Positions 12,965-27,475 of a stretch of DNA of 45,485 bases are shown here, in pieces; the stretch's first letter is position 1, and each line of letters begins with the position of its first letter. The DNA lies in contig ML002303.1 of assembly GCA_003614675.1 (NCBI GenBank), positions 1 through 45,485 on the forward strand. The letters run 5' to 3'. The stretch is from Dimargaris cristalligena. Taxonomy: Eukaryota. The notes under the pieces were generated by a model. The model saw only the letters and a program-made list of their open reading frames with translations. It did not search any database and was not told where the DNA came from. Made by a program: the position numbers and the translations under genes.

Positions 12965-15945
12965 GGTAGGGAATGTAAAACGAAGGCGACCGGGAATTAA
13001 GTAATGGAGGTTCTATTGAGGAATGGTTTAGAAGTGGTAGTTAACAGAAAAGCGCAGCGGGGGTAGAAAAATATTCAAGAGTAGCTTTATACATTAGCAT
13101 AAAAGGAAGAGTATGTGGCAAGGAAATTTACCCTTAGAAGCTGGAGCCAACTGAGCTATATTTTATTTGGATTATGTGACCTATTTTGAGTGCCTGACTA
13201 ATTGGTCAATCTGCAGCTGAAACCGGCCCAGGTTCGAAAATCTATGCGTTTCTTTGGTTTGGCATGTGCCTCACGGGCCGTAATAGGAGCCGGCGGTGAG
13301 ATTATGCAACTCCATTAACTCTGGATATTGTCACGTGAATCGCTCAGCACTTTGAGTCACGGGGCAACGGAAAAGGCATCACAAGCAACCAGGTTTTACT
13401 CTGATATTCTATAGCAGCGAGTAGTCAGTCCCCTCTGTACATAAGATAGCTAATGGCGGAAGCGAAAGGGCTGTTCAAATAAATCTAGGCCCAATTGTGG
13501 TTGGCCTTATGATCACACAGTGACCAGCAATGTAATCGAATTAACAAGCCCAAGCATCGTATTATAGCTTTAAACCCTAACATCGGTCACCCATTCAAAC
13601 AGAATAAGTAGAAACACTGGGCCATTGGGCCAGGGCGGGGGGGGCGGCAAATACGGTATGGGAATTGCCCGCATTCGCTATAATACGCATTAAAGAATAC
13701 TGTGATTAAATAGATATTAAACAAACAAATGCTTTCGCTTATTGCCATCCCATTTCCTCCCTTTGCTGTGCGATAATATTCTAGGAACAGTGCCCATGGT
13801 AAAATATCACACTTGTTACTTCTCACCTTATTTCTTTTTTGTTGATACAAGAAACATCAAGCAGGGCTACAGTAAGATTCGAATATATTATACCCTGAAA
13901 AGCTAATAGTCATTTTTGATTACTTACAGTGTCACCCAGCATCCCAATTTTTCGTTAGGCAGTAGAATTTAATCTCCTATACCATTTTATTGAAGCCTCT
14001 TAACTATACTTATACATAGTATACCCTTGCTTATAGCATACTTTGGTAGATGGGTGCTGCCAGACTAATTCGATTAACACCAGTTCGACCCTTTACAAAA
14101 ACAAGAGGAGGGAGGGTACATTGTCCAAAATAGTGAAAAGGACGATCAAATTAGCTTGTATCACCTTCGACTATACCATATTTAATAATATATGCATGTT
14201 TTTTACACATTCGCTGTGTTAATTTCTAATGACTTTGTACATATGGGCTAGTATACCTCGCCGAATTGAGCGCAACCATCCCATGTGCAATTGGTGGTAT
14301 CACTGAATGTCAAATTCGGACCCCCCCTGTCTTCTGAAAATCATTCATTTTTAATATCAAGGCAACAGGGAATGGTCAATAATTCCAAGTGGCCGTGTTC
14401 AGCGCTACTCTCAAATGATAGTGGTTGTTCCTGATTACGCGAAGGGAAATCAGGCACGTCAAAATCCAACCCTTCACTCCCTAAACCTTCAAACAACCAA
14501 TGGGTATGTTTTTAGACTTGGATTTCCACGCGATCGTTTATATTGATTACAAAAAAAGCAGTAGGAACTCCCTCCCGCCTGTTAGTCCACATATAGTTCA
14601 TTTACATAGATTCAGTAGAGGCGGGAATCAAGATAGGGAAGGCTAGTGTCCTTCTACAGTTATATGAATATGCCAGCTGGGCCTGGATCTACCCGATTGT
14701 CGGGCTCCGCCAAAACTGGTAGCTAGTCATCACGATGATACTAACTAGCTGACTATGTAATTAATATCAGGTTTGTTCAGTCTGGTAAAGCGGAGACAGC
14801 GATCAGTAGCCCAATCTGGCTTCCCCACTCTCCACCCCCATCGACCAGAGGATAATCCCGACCCCTTGTCGATGGAAATCCTTTAGACATTTAGGGACGC
14901 TGGATGTCCCCACCTTATCACTTATTCCGAATTTAGTTGAAGGGGAGTCACTCCTCGTCGACTTAGTGCTAAGTGTGAGTTATGGTACAGAGATTGGAAG
15001 GTGGGGGGAAGCACTTTTTAAAAGAAATCGCTGACTATTATTTTAGCCACATTTTTTTTCGGATTGATATGGAAACATGTGTATCCATCCCAATAACTGA
15101 TATTATGGTCTAGTAGGTTGCCCTACTTTCATTTTTTTTTTAATTGCACCATCATTACTGCCAAACTTTTTGAAAGGTGAAACGAGCGCAAGTCTGAATT
15201 ACTTTGGGGTTATAAATAATGTTAATAGGAGATGTCCGTGGATGCGCGGGATAGTACAGGGCTACATGTATGAACATAAAGGGACAGTCCCTCTTTCCTG
15301 TAGATTGGTAATGATAGTGTGGTTTAGTCAATCCTATTCCTCCCCAACTGTTTCAGTTTTCGCACAAAAATAGGTCATGTTAATTAGCCGATGCTCAATT
15401 ACACCCAATTATGTTTGACAAGCCAATAGTTTATTTATACTATTTACAATGTTCTTTTTAAAAATAAAGATAAATCGAAAGCAAGAACGCAAAAAGAAAT
15501 TATAGAAAATCAAAAGGACGGCCAATGTTTTAAAAAGTCGAGCTATTAAATGCAATATCTAGAGTAGCTCCAAATTAGTGTACAATAAAAGTACCGTATG
15601 GTTGTTTGGGGTGATTTTTTTTTAGAAAAAAATATAGCAAATTTTCAATCGGACGCACACTGCATAGGCAGCATGCATAAAAACGTAAAAGGGAATATAT
15701 ATCTAAGATGGGGAATATAAAGTATACAAACGAATTTTAAAACTAATCCAACTACAGAAGGATGGGGGGATACGGTTTTTTTCATACTTAAGCTGGAAGG
15801 GCACGTCGGAGAGAGAGGGGGGGGGAGAGACGGGCGGGGGAGGGATGATTAGTAATGTACAGGTTGGGCGCGAGAAAGAGGGAGGGAGGTGAGAGTGTGT
15901 AGGTAAGATGGCCGAGCTTGGGGGCAAAGCCTCATGGAAAGGGCC

Positions 15946-17791
15946 TTAGATGGCCTTGTGCTGCACATAAGGGTACATGGCGTGTTCCACATTAAGGTTC
16001 AGCGACGATGAGGCGGCCTCACCTCCCACCAGACCCGCCACCAGCTGGGTGTTCACGATATTAGCCGGGAACGGGTCCGCCGTATGGGTGGCGGCGGTAT
16101 CATTGGGGTTGCCACCCGTCGCGGCCGAGAAACTCGAGTTCAGGGAGACTGAAGGACCGTTGGCCGCCGCGGTACTGTGGTAGGATGGATGACCATCGTG
16201 ATTATAGGAGTAGGAGGGATGGGCAAATCCACCATTCGGTCCCTGGCCACCCCCACCACTGACACTCTGGTTGTAGGCGGCGTATTCAGCCGCATCCCCT
16301 TCACTCACGGGGCTCGGTCGCTCATAGTGGCTGAGGGGTTCGTTGGTGGGTGCGGATGTGGTGGTAGTGGCGGCGAGGTTGGCCGAGGCAGCGGAAGCGG
16401 TGGTAGTAGCTGATGGAGGGGGAAGGTTGAGCTGACCCATGGTCGACGACTCGTAGGAGTAGGGCCCGGGTGCCATCTTATTGGTCTGGTCATTACTGCT
16501 GTAGTCGTAGTAGGAGTGGGCGGGGTTGTTGGTGTTGGTGCTGTAGTAGCTCCCGTGGCCATAGTCCTTTGGGATATCGGTCCCCGAGTTGGGGCTCGGC
16601 GGAAACTGGGCGCCTTTGTTAGGGTAGTTGCCCCCATTGTGGTGGTACAGGGAAGTCGCGCCAAGGCCCCCCCGAGGGGGCAGAGGTGGTGGTATAATGG
16701 GTCGCGGGGTCCTGGGGAACGGGTCCCCCGCCGTTTAACGAAGTGGCGGTAGTGGGAGGGGTCGCCAGAGACGCGGCCGCCATAGCCACAGTGGAGGGAT
16801 CCGCCGAAGGATAGGCCGGTCCACCAGTAGTAGGGTTGACCGACGAATAGGCCGTTGGATAGGTGGAGCCGTACAAGGGGGCCGAGCCGCCCGGGCCCTC
16901 GGTTTGGCCAGTAGGGTAGGAGGTGGCGTAGGCGGGATCCGCCGCATAGCCGCCCCCCACGGCAGGGTCGTAGTACCGGTCGGGAGTCGAATATTCCTGC
17001 GGGTAGTAGTAGCTGCTGTTGTTATCGTCGGTGGTATAGGTCGACGAGGCCGACACGGAAGGCCGATTGGGGCGGTAGGTGCTAGGGTCCGCCGCGGCGT
17101 TCGGATTGTTGTAGTGGGTCGCCGACGGTTCCATGACGGACGCTTGCATATGGCCGGGGTAGTGCTGGCTGGACATGGAGGAGGAAGCGGACATGGGATA
17201 ACCACCAGGCTGGGCGAGGGGGACAGTCTTGTTGTAGGCGTGGTTGGCGTACGGGTAGGGGTGGTTGGGGTACGCCGCGTAGGGAGCGCCGCCAGCCGCG
17301 GTCGCGGCGGGGTGAGCCCCGTACGGCTGATAGGGGTAATAATAACCGTTGAATTGGTTCCCGTAACCCTCGTAACGATCCTTGGGGCACTTCTGGGGCT
17401 GCCGTTTAATGCTAGGCAACAGGTCACGGCGCCCTTTTTGGAAATAGGGGTGCTGGAACGTACACTGGTTTTTCATATTATCGCCGCGGTTCTTGCGCGC
17501 ATCGGATTTGCGGGTAAATCCGTAAATGTGGAGTTGACGTACGAAGGAATTGAACATCCGGGTCTTGAAGTAGACGGGAAGCACATTCTTGGTGAACTCT
17601 TTACAGTCCGTGACATGGATCATCGTGCCCGACGGGTCCCACTGGATGCAGTTCGCGAACTCGGCCTTTTCCATACTCTCGTAGAGTTTGGCAGCGAACG
17701 GCGGGATGGTCTTGGTGTCGCTGGAGTAGCCCGAGGCTTCGCGGTCCATGGACGCAGAATGATATTCAGCCAAGTCAGCCATGGCGTGCAT
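15946..17791 (-). CDS. HSF-type DNA-binding transcription factor (~614 aa if the frameshift at 16667-16673 is corrected)
   Basis: HSF domain: PPFAAKLYESM, IQWDPSG, FTKNVLPVYFKTRMFNSFVRQLHIYGF, FQHPYFQKGRRDLLPSIKR. The Y/P/A/S-rich tail continues in another frame after a G7 run and joins the 15946-16476 ORF. Confidence 0.88.
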
Positions 17792-20700
17792 GAATGTGTG
17801 TGTGCGTGTGGGGGGAGGGAGGGGTGTGTGGGTGTATGGGGTAATTGAAAAAAGGAAGTATTTGAGTTAATGAGGAATAGAGTGGTAAGCTTAGTACATT
17901 TGTCTAAAAATTTTATAAGGGCTAGTATCTTATAGGGCCAAACACTTTGGGAGATAGTTGAAGATGAACCGATATTATAGGCGTTAAATAGAAGTCAGTT
18001 AGTTAGAAGGGGTATCAATTAGATTCGGAATGAGTCGGTGAATAAACAAAAGGAGGGGAAGGGTAAGAGGGCAAGTCGAATAGAATCAGTAGAGCACGGC
18101 CAAAGCAACAAAAGAAAAGAGGAGGCAGGTCCGTAAAACTAGGGGTGTTGCCGTCGTACAATGGAACAGTGGTCGAAGTTTAGTACGGCGGGACAAGGGT
18201 AATGATAGGCCGGCGAGAAATAAAGGGGGAGATTACTTGCGGTAGTAAATGTCGCCCTAATGAACAGAGTTGGTGGTAATAGCGGTGGAGGAGAGGAATA
18301 GACCAGTCGTCAACAAAAATCAATCATGGAGTGAATGTAGAAGGGCGTTCAGCTGAATTCCCAGTTCAAAGAGGAACTGGGGGGGTTTATATATTTACAC
18401 ACCGGAGAGTGAAATTGGACTGTCTCTTCCTCCTGCTCCCCTGTGAATCCTGCGAGATCTAATGAACAGGGAAATTGGCCGATGGACCAAAAAGATCTTG
18501 GGGGAGGGAGGCCGCAAAAAAAAGGGGGGGGTGCCAATCCCCATGACAATGAAAGAGCGAGAGAGGGCAATAGAGAGAGGGGTAGTGGCTAGATCTAGGA
18601 GTAGGCCAATTGGCCTTGGCCACACCCTCCCCCCCCCTTTATTCCTTCGCCCATTGAGTCGGCCCTTAAAGAAGAGGGTGGTCGAATGATAAGGCGTTCA
18701 AGAGACGGGGTCCCTCTTACCAATTGGTCGTGGTGGAAGCGAACAATAAAAGGCGGCGATATGGTTGCTGGGCCTCAATGTCGAAGAGCAAGGGGGGCCC
18801 GATCGGGTGTCTTGGTTTAACCGATTAAATAATAGGTCACAGACGCGGTACCGCCCAACCACAGTGGCCGTCGGCTTATTCAAGGCAACGAGCCACATTC
18901 GCCTCCGCCCTCTTACACACTCCGTCCCCCCCCTTCACCCCATTCCACCATTTTACTCTGCCTTCGAGCCATTATATTCCTACAGCCGAGTGGTTTGCCC
19001 AAACCGCTTGGCGATAACGCACTGCCGTCTGGGGCTGAAAATGGACCTATTCCTAGAAGCCGCGGCTGCGTCGAATCGGCGAATATACAACGCCTCTGCC
19101 TCCCCCATGCCGTTTCTTCCGCAAAGTGCCCCCCCCCCTCTGACCATATCCCCTCCCCCTCAAATTTCCACCACTCCGAATTGGCCATTACGCTATCATA
19201 GGGGATCATGGTTGTCCATACTTTGTCTGTTCTAGAGTATAATTGACATTCCCCGCCCGCTTATACCCTCCGTCTAGGAACAGGCATGGATAATGTTGAA
19301 TTGCCCGCATGGATTCGGATATTCAAACGGTCGAGCAGTAGTAAAAAGGAGGAGGGAGATGCAGGCAATCGATCACCACCCCACTGAATTAGTGCTGCAT
19401 GCATGATGTCGGGTATCTGGGACTGTATAAACCTTTAAGCAAGAGCGACTTGTGGTTCATTTACTTCACTCGCTGACGACTTGTATATTGGATGGGCCCA
19501 GCTGGCTTGACCCTCTGGTTCTATCTTCTACCTAAAGTACACCGGAACCCCATAATAATACCTATACATCTGTGGGTATGCCGGGGGGGGGGGGTCGACA
19601 TCCAGAATACGGTTATTAAGGCCGCCGTGCACCTAATTTACTTGCCTGACCCTTGAATAAGCCGCGGAATTTTAGCGAAGTAGTTGGCGATTTGCCCTAT
19701 CTAATGAAGTTTCTGCAATGGGGTGATAGAATGGAAGGAGATTCCGACTATATAGGGACATATACTGTATAGGTGAGAACGGTCAGCCCTACTCAGAGGT
19801 TAGTCGTCCTCCCTTTTGAAACTCAATTAGATTATTCCGTCGATTCTCACCGGTCTGTTGGACTTCTGGTGGAAAAAATAATAATTGAAAGGTCATTTAC
19901 CGATATTGTCAATCGGAACATTAATTCTTTGCCCTGCATTTTGCATGGTCTTTGCTTACTAACCAACCTCTTCATTATGCGGCTGACTAGGTTTAGCCCA
20001 CGAAAACCGTGTTAGGAAAGGGTAGGAAAAGAAACGCCCTAAACCCTGGATCTAGAATATACTGGGACGGCGTTAGATGCCCCCCCGCCTCACTCCTCAA
20101 AATTCCACAACTGGGGTTAAGAGTAAGACTCTGCATCAAATATAATTCCCTACTGCTAATGAACGACCTCCACCCAGTGCACTTTGGAACATATTATAGG
20201 GTAGTACTTACGTATTGGTTTTTTTTAAGATTCCTTGCGAGGAATAAAGTGAGTATTGTTCCTGTCGAGGCGACTTGCTTGGTGGTAACAGTACCAGCCT
20301 ACTGGCGACTTTAGCGTTCATGTGTGAGTGTGTGTGCCTGTATTCCTATTTTTTTTTGCCGTTTTATTCTCCTTTACATCCGTATCGGCTCATCTCCGAC
20401 CCTTGGATAAGAGGATAAGGGCGTCCTCCTCCATCCCAACAACCTCCGGCCTGTCCCTTTTCTAATTGAAATAGCGAATCGGGAATCTGTGTAACCCAGC
20501 CGTTTCAAACTCAGCCAACAATGTATGTCCCCTCGATTTCATTTTCCCCGCCCCAGTATTTGCGTTGGCCGAATGGGTTTAAATTGTTCCCACTCTCCCC
20601 CTTCCCCAATATGGCCATGGACCTATATTGGTTGCCTCGGACAGCCGGGGGGTCGTCACCAGCACAAAAAAAATCCAAATTGGGGCTTTACGACCACCAT

Positions 20701-23069
20701 GCCATAGTCCATAGCTATCTCAGTCACACTACACTCCGAACCCCAGGATCTTCGCCTTGAATCACAAAAAAAAATGAAAAAGAAACGAAACTACGCGGGA
20801 AACTAATCTGTTTGACATGGGTTTGGTACATTGAGGTTTATCACATGGGCGGGCCAGCACCCTTAATGGTGGTGTTGGTATATAGCGTCCAAGTCCCCAA
20901 CTATGAAGGCACGCGAATCTCGGTCAATAGATATGGAATTCCTCTTCTGCGAAATTCTAGAAGAATAAAGGTGGCAAATGGCCCCATGTGAATTCGATAC
21001 TATTTACTCTATCCTGGACCATATATGCCGGCCAATAGTGCCTAATACACTTGGGTAATAGAACTGGCTAGTTTATATTAAAGACGTTCTAGAAATTTGA
21101 CTATATTCGGGTTAATGGGGCTCAAATTTAGGTGTCTGGAGAATCTGATGCACCCATCACATCTTTTAATACATACGCGGCCGTTCTTTTTCAGGGGTTT
21201 GGCTCCTCTCCTAGATATCTTTGCTCTCGAGGGTTATATCGACATATTTCTGCTCATACCGGAGGTTCCACTAACTTATATCTGTACATTGACTGCTACC
21301 GAAAACCAAGGTCAATTCAGCCATCTCTAGGAACTATCCAGGGTTTTTTTGTAACGAAAACCATAAATCTCATAAGTGGAGAAAGTGTCCCTAGACCAGT
21401 ATTCCCCCAAGTAGAATATCTACTGTCGTTCGACGCCTACCTCTCTAGGACAATGGTCCTCCGCAGGAGTAATGGCACGATTCGTTTAGCTATAGAATTA
21501 AAGATTTTTATGCCAAGACCCGCGGTTATAATACAGACTTCTTGGATATAAAAGGAGTACGAAAAAAAAACTAGCAAATTAAAAACGAAACCCTTATTAT
21601 GGTATGGCGACATTATCATTTTTAAATGGAAGCCTAGTATACCGAATGTAGACGCCAATTTGGGGTGCCTACCCCACTCTTGACAACGCCGGCCTAGCGA
21701 ACGAGGTGGAGGGGGGGGGGTGTAGGTCGCCCAGTTTGTATACTCGCCCCCCTTTTCCGGATATACTACATGCTAAAGTCGTTGAGGCCCGTCCGTTGAG
21801 GAAGACCCAACGACAAATCGGATAGAGGAGAACAATATCGTGACCACATTGATTTTCCTTATATATATATATATATCTGCGCCTATTTCCATTTCGGCCT
21901 CTTGGCTGGCGAATAAGTGACCCTGTATTATTATTCACAGAAAGAGACCCGAGCCAAGAGTAGTAGCATTTATCCGTCTCGTTGGGGATTTATCGAGTAG
22001 AGCGGAGAGAAAAGGTGAGGAGAGAGAGATAAAGAGAGGAAGGGAGGGGCCTGACTCCCTTTCCTTTACTATTTTGGCCGATGTTACGGAATCACAGGAA
22101 CCAATAGAAATGCCGGGGACTCGATCACCAAGCCCATTGGAGAGATTAAGGGGTGCTGGGCTACTATGTAAAGCGATGAATAACTAAATCGAGTTGGGGG
22201 GCGTCATACTAAAGTACACTCGACAGTCCATAAACTAAGCGGTCCATTTCTTGGCGTCCGGTACTTGCTATCCGACCCTTACTCTATCATAAGCAAGCCG
22301 GCCTACTTCTTCGCATCCCCTTTTTCAATGGCGTTCTTTTATTGTAAAGATGTTGGTGTGTAGGCCCATCCGGCCCACCAAGGCCCCGGGCCATCTGGTC
22401 AAAGCACACTGGCCCCTTTGCCATGGCCAATGGAAACTGTAGTTGCGCCAAGCCCCCCATAAAAGTATTATCCTCGACCTCCCTTTCGATTGCGTTTGTC
22501 ATCTTACCCCTCCTCTCCTCCCCGCATCCCTTCGTCCTCCCATTTCCTGCTGGGCGGCGAACGTAAGGCCGTACCTGTCCATCAATTTTTTAAATTAAAA
22601 ACCATGTAACCTTAACGGGTAGACCTATTTCTACCAACCGTCCTTGAGGCCAAACCACCGTAGCCGGACAACTCTGTTGAGCGCTGCGTTAATGAGTAGT
22701 AGTTTACCAACTGCCCAGTCGTAGTGATAGATCCTGCTTCCTTTCCAGGGTTTAAAGCTGTATCGTACTGCCCGTATCACGGCACTCCTTCGCTATTCCT
22801 TGAAATGGGACTGAAGGTAACAGTAGGTCGAGTACTCTCCAGATTTCCAGGCCCAGTATAGAGATCCCTAGATTCACCGCATGGTTGTGCGTCTACAGCC
22901 CGAAGCAATCTCGTATAATCCAACTCAAATATGCATAAATATATATACACTACCTGAGAGTGAATGGGTAGACATGTCAATAATAAGACGTTAGTATATT
23001 TTTAGGGCGATGCCCTTAGTATCCGCTTGATGCCCTTGGATAGCCAATCAACTAAACATATCGGCTCAA

Positions 23070-23211
23070 TTTGGGTGAAATTCGGCCCAGCTGTATAAGG
23101 TTTTAAATGGGAAGCGTATGGGATAATATACGGGATATTTATTTTTAACCAGTCATATTTGCTTCATCCAACGGATTTTTCGTTATACAGCTCGGTTGAA
23201 CCTCTCCCATT
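23070..23211 (+). mobile_element. MITE-like repeat, copy 2
   Basis: TTTGGGTGAAATTCGGCCCAGCTGTATAAGG...TTATACAGCTCGGTTGAACCTCTCCCATT; aligns end to end with copy 1. Confidence 0.85.
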
Positions 23212-26200
23212 TAAAAAACGGGGGGAAGCACTTCACAAATATCGTAGAGGGCAATCAAGCATTCCTAGGTGAGTCCTGTCACTCGCCACAGTCATTCCAC
23301 TTGACCAACCCCCAACTGTCAAAGAGATGATGTGGAGGCTGACGCGTGGGTTAAATGAGCAGCAGCAGGGGGGAGGGACTGTGGCTATTTACATTTGTGG
23401 GGCTCTCTGTCGCTCGTTTGTGCCTACCCATATGGGTCACAACCCTGGGAGGTACCCCCCCTCCCCCCAAAGCTGAATGAGCCTTAACCCAATTGATAAA
23501 AGACCTGCAGGCTTGCCTAACTGTTAAAGATGATCCCCACCGGTCCACACTCGTTATAGTCTCGGCTATGTTTAATATCACTTTCTCCCTGATGGACAGC
23601 CCGGGGACGCGGGTTAATCCCACTAACCGGTTGAGCCATCCCTAAGCCCAAATAGTTGACTGTTCCAACTATCTGATCGAGAATACACCCTCAAGTCAGG
23701 GCTCATTGCTATCTGTTCGCCCCTGTATGCCTTCGAATTTGTATAACGCCCGAGAGGTACTATGTAAATATGAACGCTTAGCTCGGAATAATTATTCCAC
23801 CCCCTACTTCCGGATTTCTTTGGTATTCCCAAAATAATATGGCACTGCATATCGAAAGGCTTTACCAGCACCTAAAAGGAGAGTGCCTTACATCCTGCCT
23901 ACCACATTTTCCGTAAAGCGATCCGCCGGAATTACCATTATTATACTGTTCGCCAATATATACCAGCTATCCGCGGAGATAGCGGAAGTGCCGCCATTGT
24001 CGAAAAAGTATCACTTCACTTTTATCAACGGTTAGCTCGGGGGTTCAGCATTGAGAGTTCGCACTGTATTTACGCAGGCCTAGGTGTGGTTGAAACTCCT
24101 TCCTTCTCAATAGAGTAAACTACGATTGACGACTTCCTAAATATGTGGGGTGGACAGGAATATCATCTCATTTTTCGACAGTAAAGTAGATGTCGATTAA
24201 CCAAAATCCTTACTTTGTTACCCTTGGTGGTCTCTGGGAATAACCGGTATGTCACCGATTGGGAATAACTGGCTATATTGAAAGAGCAGTTAGCGGAAGT
24301 CGAAGGGGTAAATATCAGATGCGTCGACACGTAGCTGATGCAGATATTACCGGTGGATACCAGCACCTTAATACGATCTATATATGGCTTCATACGAAGG
24401 GGTGGACTACCATTCTGAGCTTTTAAGGAGGTGTTCAAGAATTGCGAATGTTACTGCTAGAAATGTAGCCTTTAATATGGCTTTACCGAATTATGCGAAT
24501 AGACGTACGGGCGGGCGCTTTTGAATGGATTTGCGGGAGTATAAACCTGATTCACAACACTGTCTGGGAAGAGTTCACAGTTCCCAGGCACGTTAGGCCT
24601 ATTAAACCAGTTCAGAGGGCTCGGCTATAGGAGAAAGCCCCTATATTCACCATGGGCCATCAAAATTTACTTTCACCGTGGGCGTATATACTAAAAGGGT
24701 ATTAGGCACCGTGTCTGGGTACTATAATGGGGCTTGTCGGAGGGTGTATTTAACTTTGGGAAAAACATAACACAGAGGAAATGTCCTCTATCTTGACAAT
24801 AGCTGCCGGCTGTGAATATCATTTTTTGATGTCGCTAGTGGAACCCTCTGAATGCCTCTATTTCTGCCGACTTTGGCCATTCAATTAAGTGTAGGGTACG
24901 ATCATTTGTAAGTCATCCTGCCTATTTCAGTGAATGAAGGGAGATGGGTCAACCGATTTACCCACATCTTTATGCTACTTCTGGGTGCCTTAATGAACGA
25001 ACAAAAAAAAAGGTGTGCTAGTCAAAAATAGTTCCCTTGCTGACCCCATCTGCCTCCTAATCCTAGGTCACGGAAATCGTAATCGGATAGAGATAATGAA
25101 GGAAATGGAGTCAATTACAGTGTGCAAATCGGAGAGCAGACTGTGGCATGAGGAGCTACCCTTAGCCGTTCCCATTTCAATATCAATAGCCATAATCATA
25201 TTTAGAGGTCTACCCCTCGCCATAGGGGTCCAATGTTGGAGGCTACAATAATTTCATACTTTTAGCACTCTAATGCATACCTATGAAATATACCCATCGA
25301 AATTATATAGACAACTAGCAAATCTTGATTAGTCGATCAGAATCTAGTCTAAAAAGAGACTCGGGTTGATTGACCATAGTAGTAGGGGCCCAGTAAAAGA
25401 CCGGGCCCATTATTAAAAAGATGGCAGCGATCCGCTTCACTAAGTGCAGTGATGGGAGTAACAAGTGTGCAAAATATCGAACCATTGTATATTCTACTAA
25501 ATATATGAGGGTTTTCACCAAGTTAGTGCAGGGGTATTTCGAAGGATCATTGGTATATTCCCGTTGGGTTCTACTTTCACGGCGCCAAGCCTGGGAATTC
25601 GGGCAGGGTCTGTGGACTCCTTTCCAAAGCGGCCTAACGTGGGCGGGCCCAGCTCCTAGCCGATATTCATAGAAACGTTAGTTGGATTCGAAGGGACAAA
25701 TTCGGGGACGGGTGTGGCGGTGGAGCAGCAGCCAAGTAAATGGGAATACCAATACACAGGGGGGAACAGTAGCGCGTGTCATAAAAAGTATTTACTTAAT
25801 TCCCATCATCGGTAAAACATTGCAACTTGTAAAGTAATTTTGTCGAAGACTAGACGTAACCCAATTGGCCATTTCGAAATGGGCTTAGCTTGCAAAGAAG
25901 GGCAAATAGCAGACAGTCGTATATCCCGCCTTCAACCCGAATTTCAGATTGTTGTCATATTTTCGTAATAGCTTGCAACCCGAAAAAAATGGTCGTTGAC
26001 CTTTCAATCAGGCAGGGTACTTACCAAAGGCATGGTGCCTTTTTCAAATTAAATACATTATTTCAAAATGTAGATGGGTTAGTATCATCAAAAATACCGA
26101 CAATCGTCGATTTCACCATATTAACCACCGGCTAAACTAAATACTAGGCGCTCGGGCTTGTTTTTGAACCATTTGACAGCACCGCATAGGCGCTGAGCCA

Positions 26201-26802
26201 ACGGATAGGTATAATGTCCAGCGAAGCTATTGATAATTCAGTAGAAATACCATAAATTACCTGAAACAGAGTGCGGAGTGTTTATTGGGGAGATATGTAT
26301 AATGTATTGTATTCAAATCAGAAGAGTACCAAAGTCGCCGGTATATACATAATAATATAATAATGGTCAAGGGGTGTACTGATAGTTATAATCGAAGTAT
26401 ACCAAAAATAAACTATGGTTAACTGGCTGGACAATTTGTGGCATTGGAAAAGATCAAGAATGTAACTATGATTAAGGAATGTTAATAGGTTTGGTAGGTG
26501 ATTCCACCACATATAGGAATTTCACAAAAGTACTGACAATTCGTAATAGTTAAGCCATTTTTATCACTCCAATTTATTTCTTGTTTATTTAAAACAACTT
26601 ATGTATACCAAACAACTCCATATAGTAGCATATAGCTATAAACGTAAGTGCATAAAAATTGTAACTGCCAGGTAAGAAGCCTATGGCCAGGTGAATGCGA
26701 GTCAATTTGACCAGTAAAGCAAATATAATAATGAATAAATATTGTAATAAAATCACAGCAGCTGGTACCAGGGACACTGTTGACCTCTAACTAGGACTAT
26801 TT

Positions 26803-27327
26803 TTACACCCAAATGTAGTGGGGCTTGGCCTTCCAGCAAAGACTGGCATAAATACACATGTGTAAAACCACAGCTAACATGCAAAGAAGACTGACACACA
26901 TTCCAATGGAGAAGGAATCCAGACTGAAGTGGTGAAGGGCATCAGCACTGGTGGTCATACAGCTGGTGGCTTGGTCCAATGGAGATGTCCCACAGCTGAA
27001 TGTAAGCCCATTGAATTCATTGTGGCTGAGGGTGTGGTAAGTGTAAGTGATTAAGGATGTATAATGAATCCAGGACAAAACAGATGTGATATCATCAGAA
27101 TAGATCAAATTGCCACTATAGGTCAAAAAAATAGTAACAACCAGGGGGAACATAGCTTGGGATATTCTGAGATTACGGAAAAGGGACCCATTTACCATTC
27201 CACAGGACAAGGCCACAATAACATGTAACAAATGTGCTGCCATGGGTAGCTGGGCAGAGACTACATAAGCACCAGTGCCAGTTACCAATCCAGAAAGTAG
27301 TAATACTTTGGATGGATTTGAGGTCAC
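26803..27327 (-). pseudogene. C-terminal fragment of an ABCG (White-like) transporter membrane domain
   Basis: SWIHYTSLITYTYHTLSHNEFNGLTFSC followed by a final TM helix is the ABC2-membrane C-terminal signature. No nucleotide-binding domain is visible upstream, and the region is CpG-depleted. Confidence 0.7.
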
Positions 27328-27475
27328 CAGATGATTAACAAGCTGACTCCATGGGAACAGTCTGGGGCCAAACTTATTATTTTTGTCTCTTTATGTTAGC
27401 TAATTCTCCTTTTCTTCATCTTTCCAACTTATACTTCCATTTGGTTTTCTGTTTATTATTGATGAAGTTATAGGT

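Noticed and set aside
14838-14875. Imperfect hairpin CCATCGACCAGAGG...CCCCTTGTCGATGG
   Set aside because: A single short imperfect stem with no other supporting motif; could be chance.
16904-17848. 314-aa plus-strand ORF and similar antisense ORFs over the APP1, FCP1-like, HOM3 and CNA1 genes
   Set aside because: Shadow ORFs caused by GC-rich codon usage of the real genes on the opposite strand.
20945-21097. Partial heat-shock elements (TTCTAGAA) upstream of the HSF-family gene
   Set aside because: Only two correctly spaced nGAAn units each, and more than 3 kb from the start codon.
23351-25521. Series of short minus-strand ORFs that might be a decayed gene
   Set aside because: No recognisable motif and no consistent frame or splice model.
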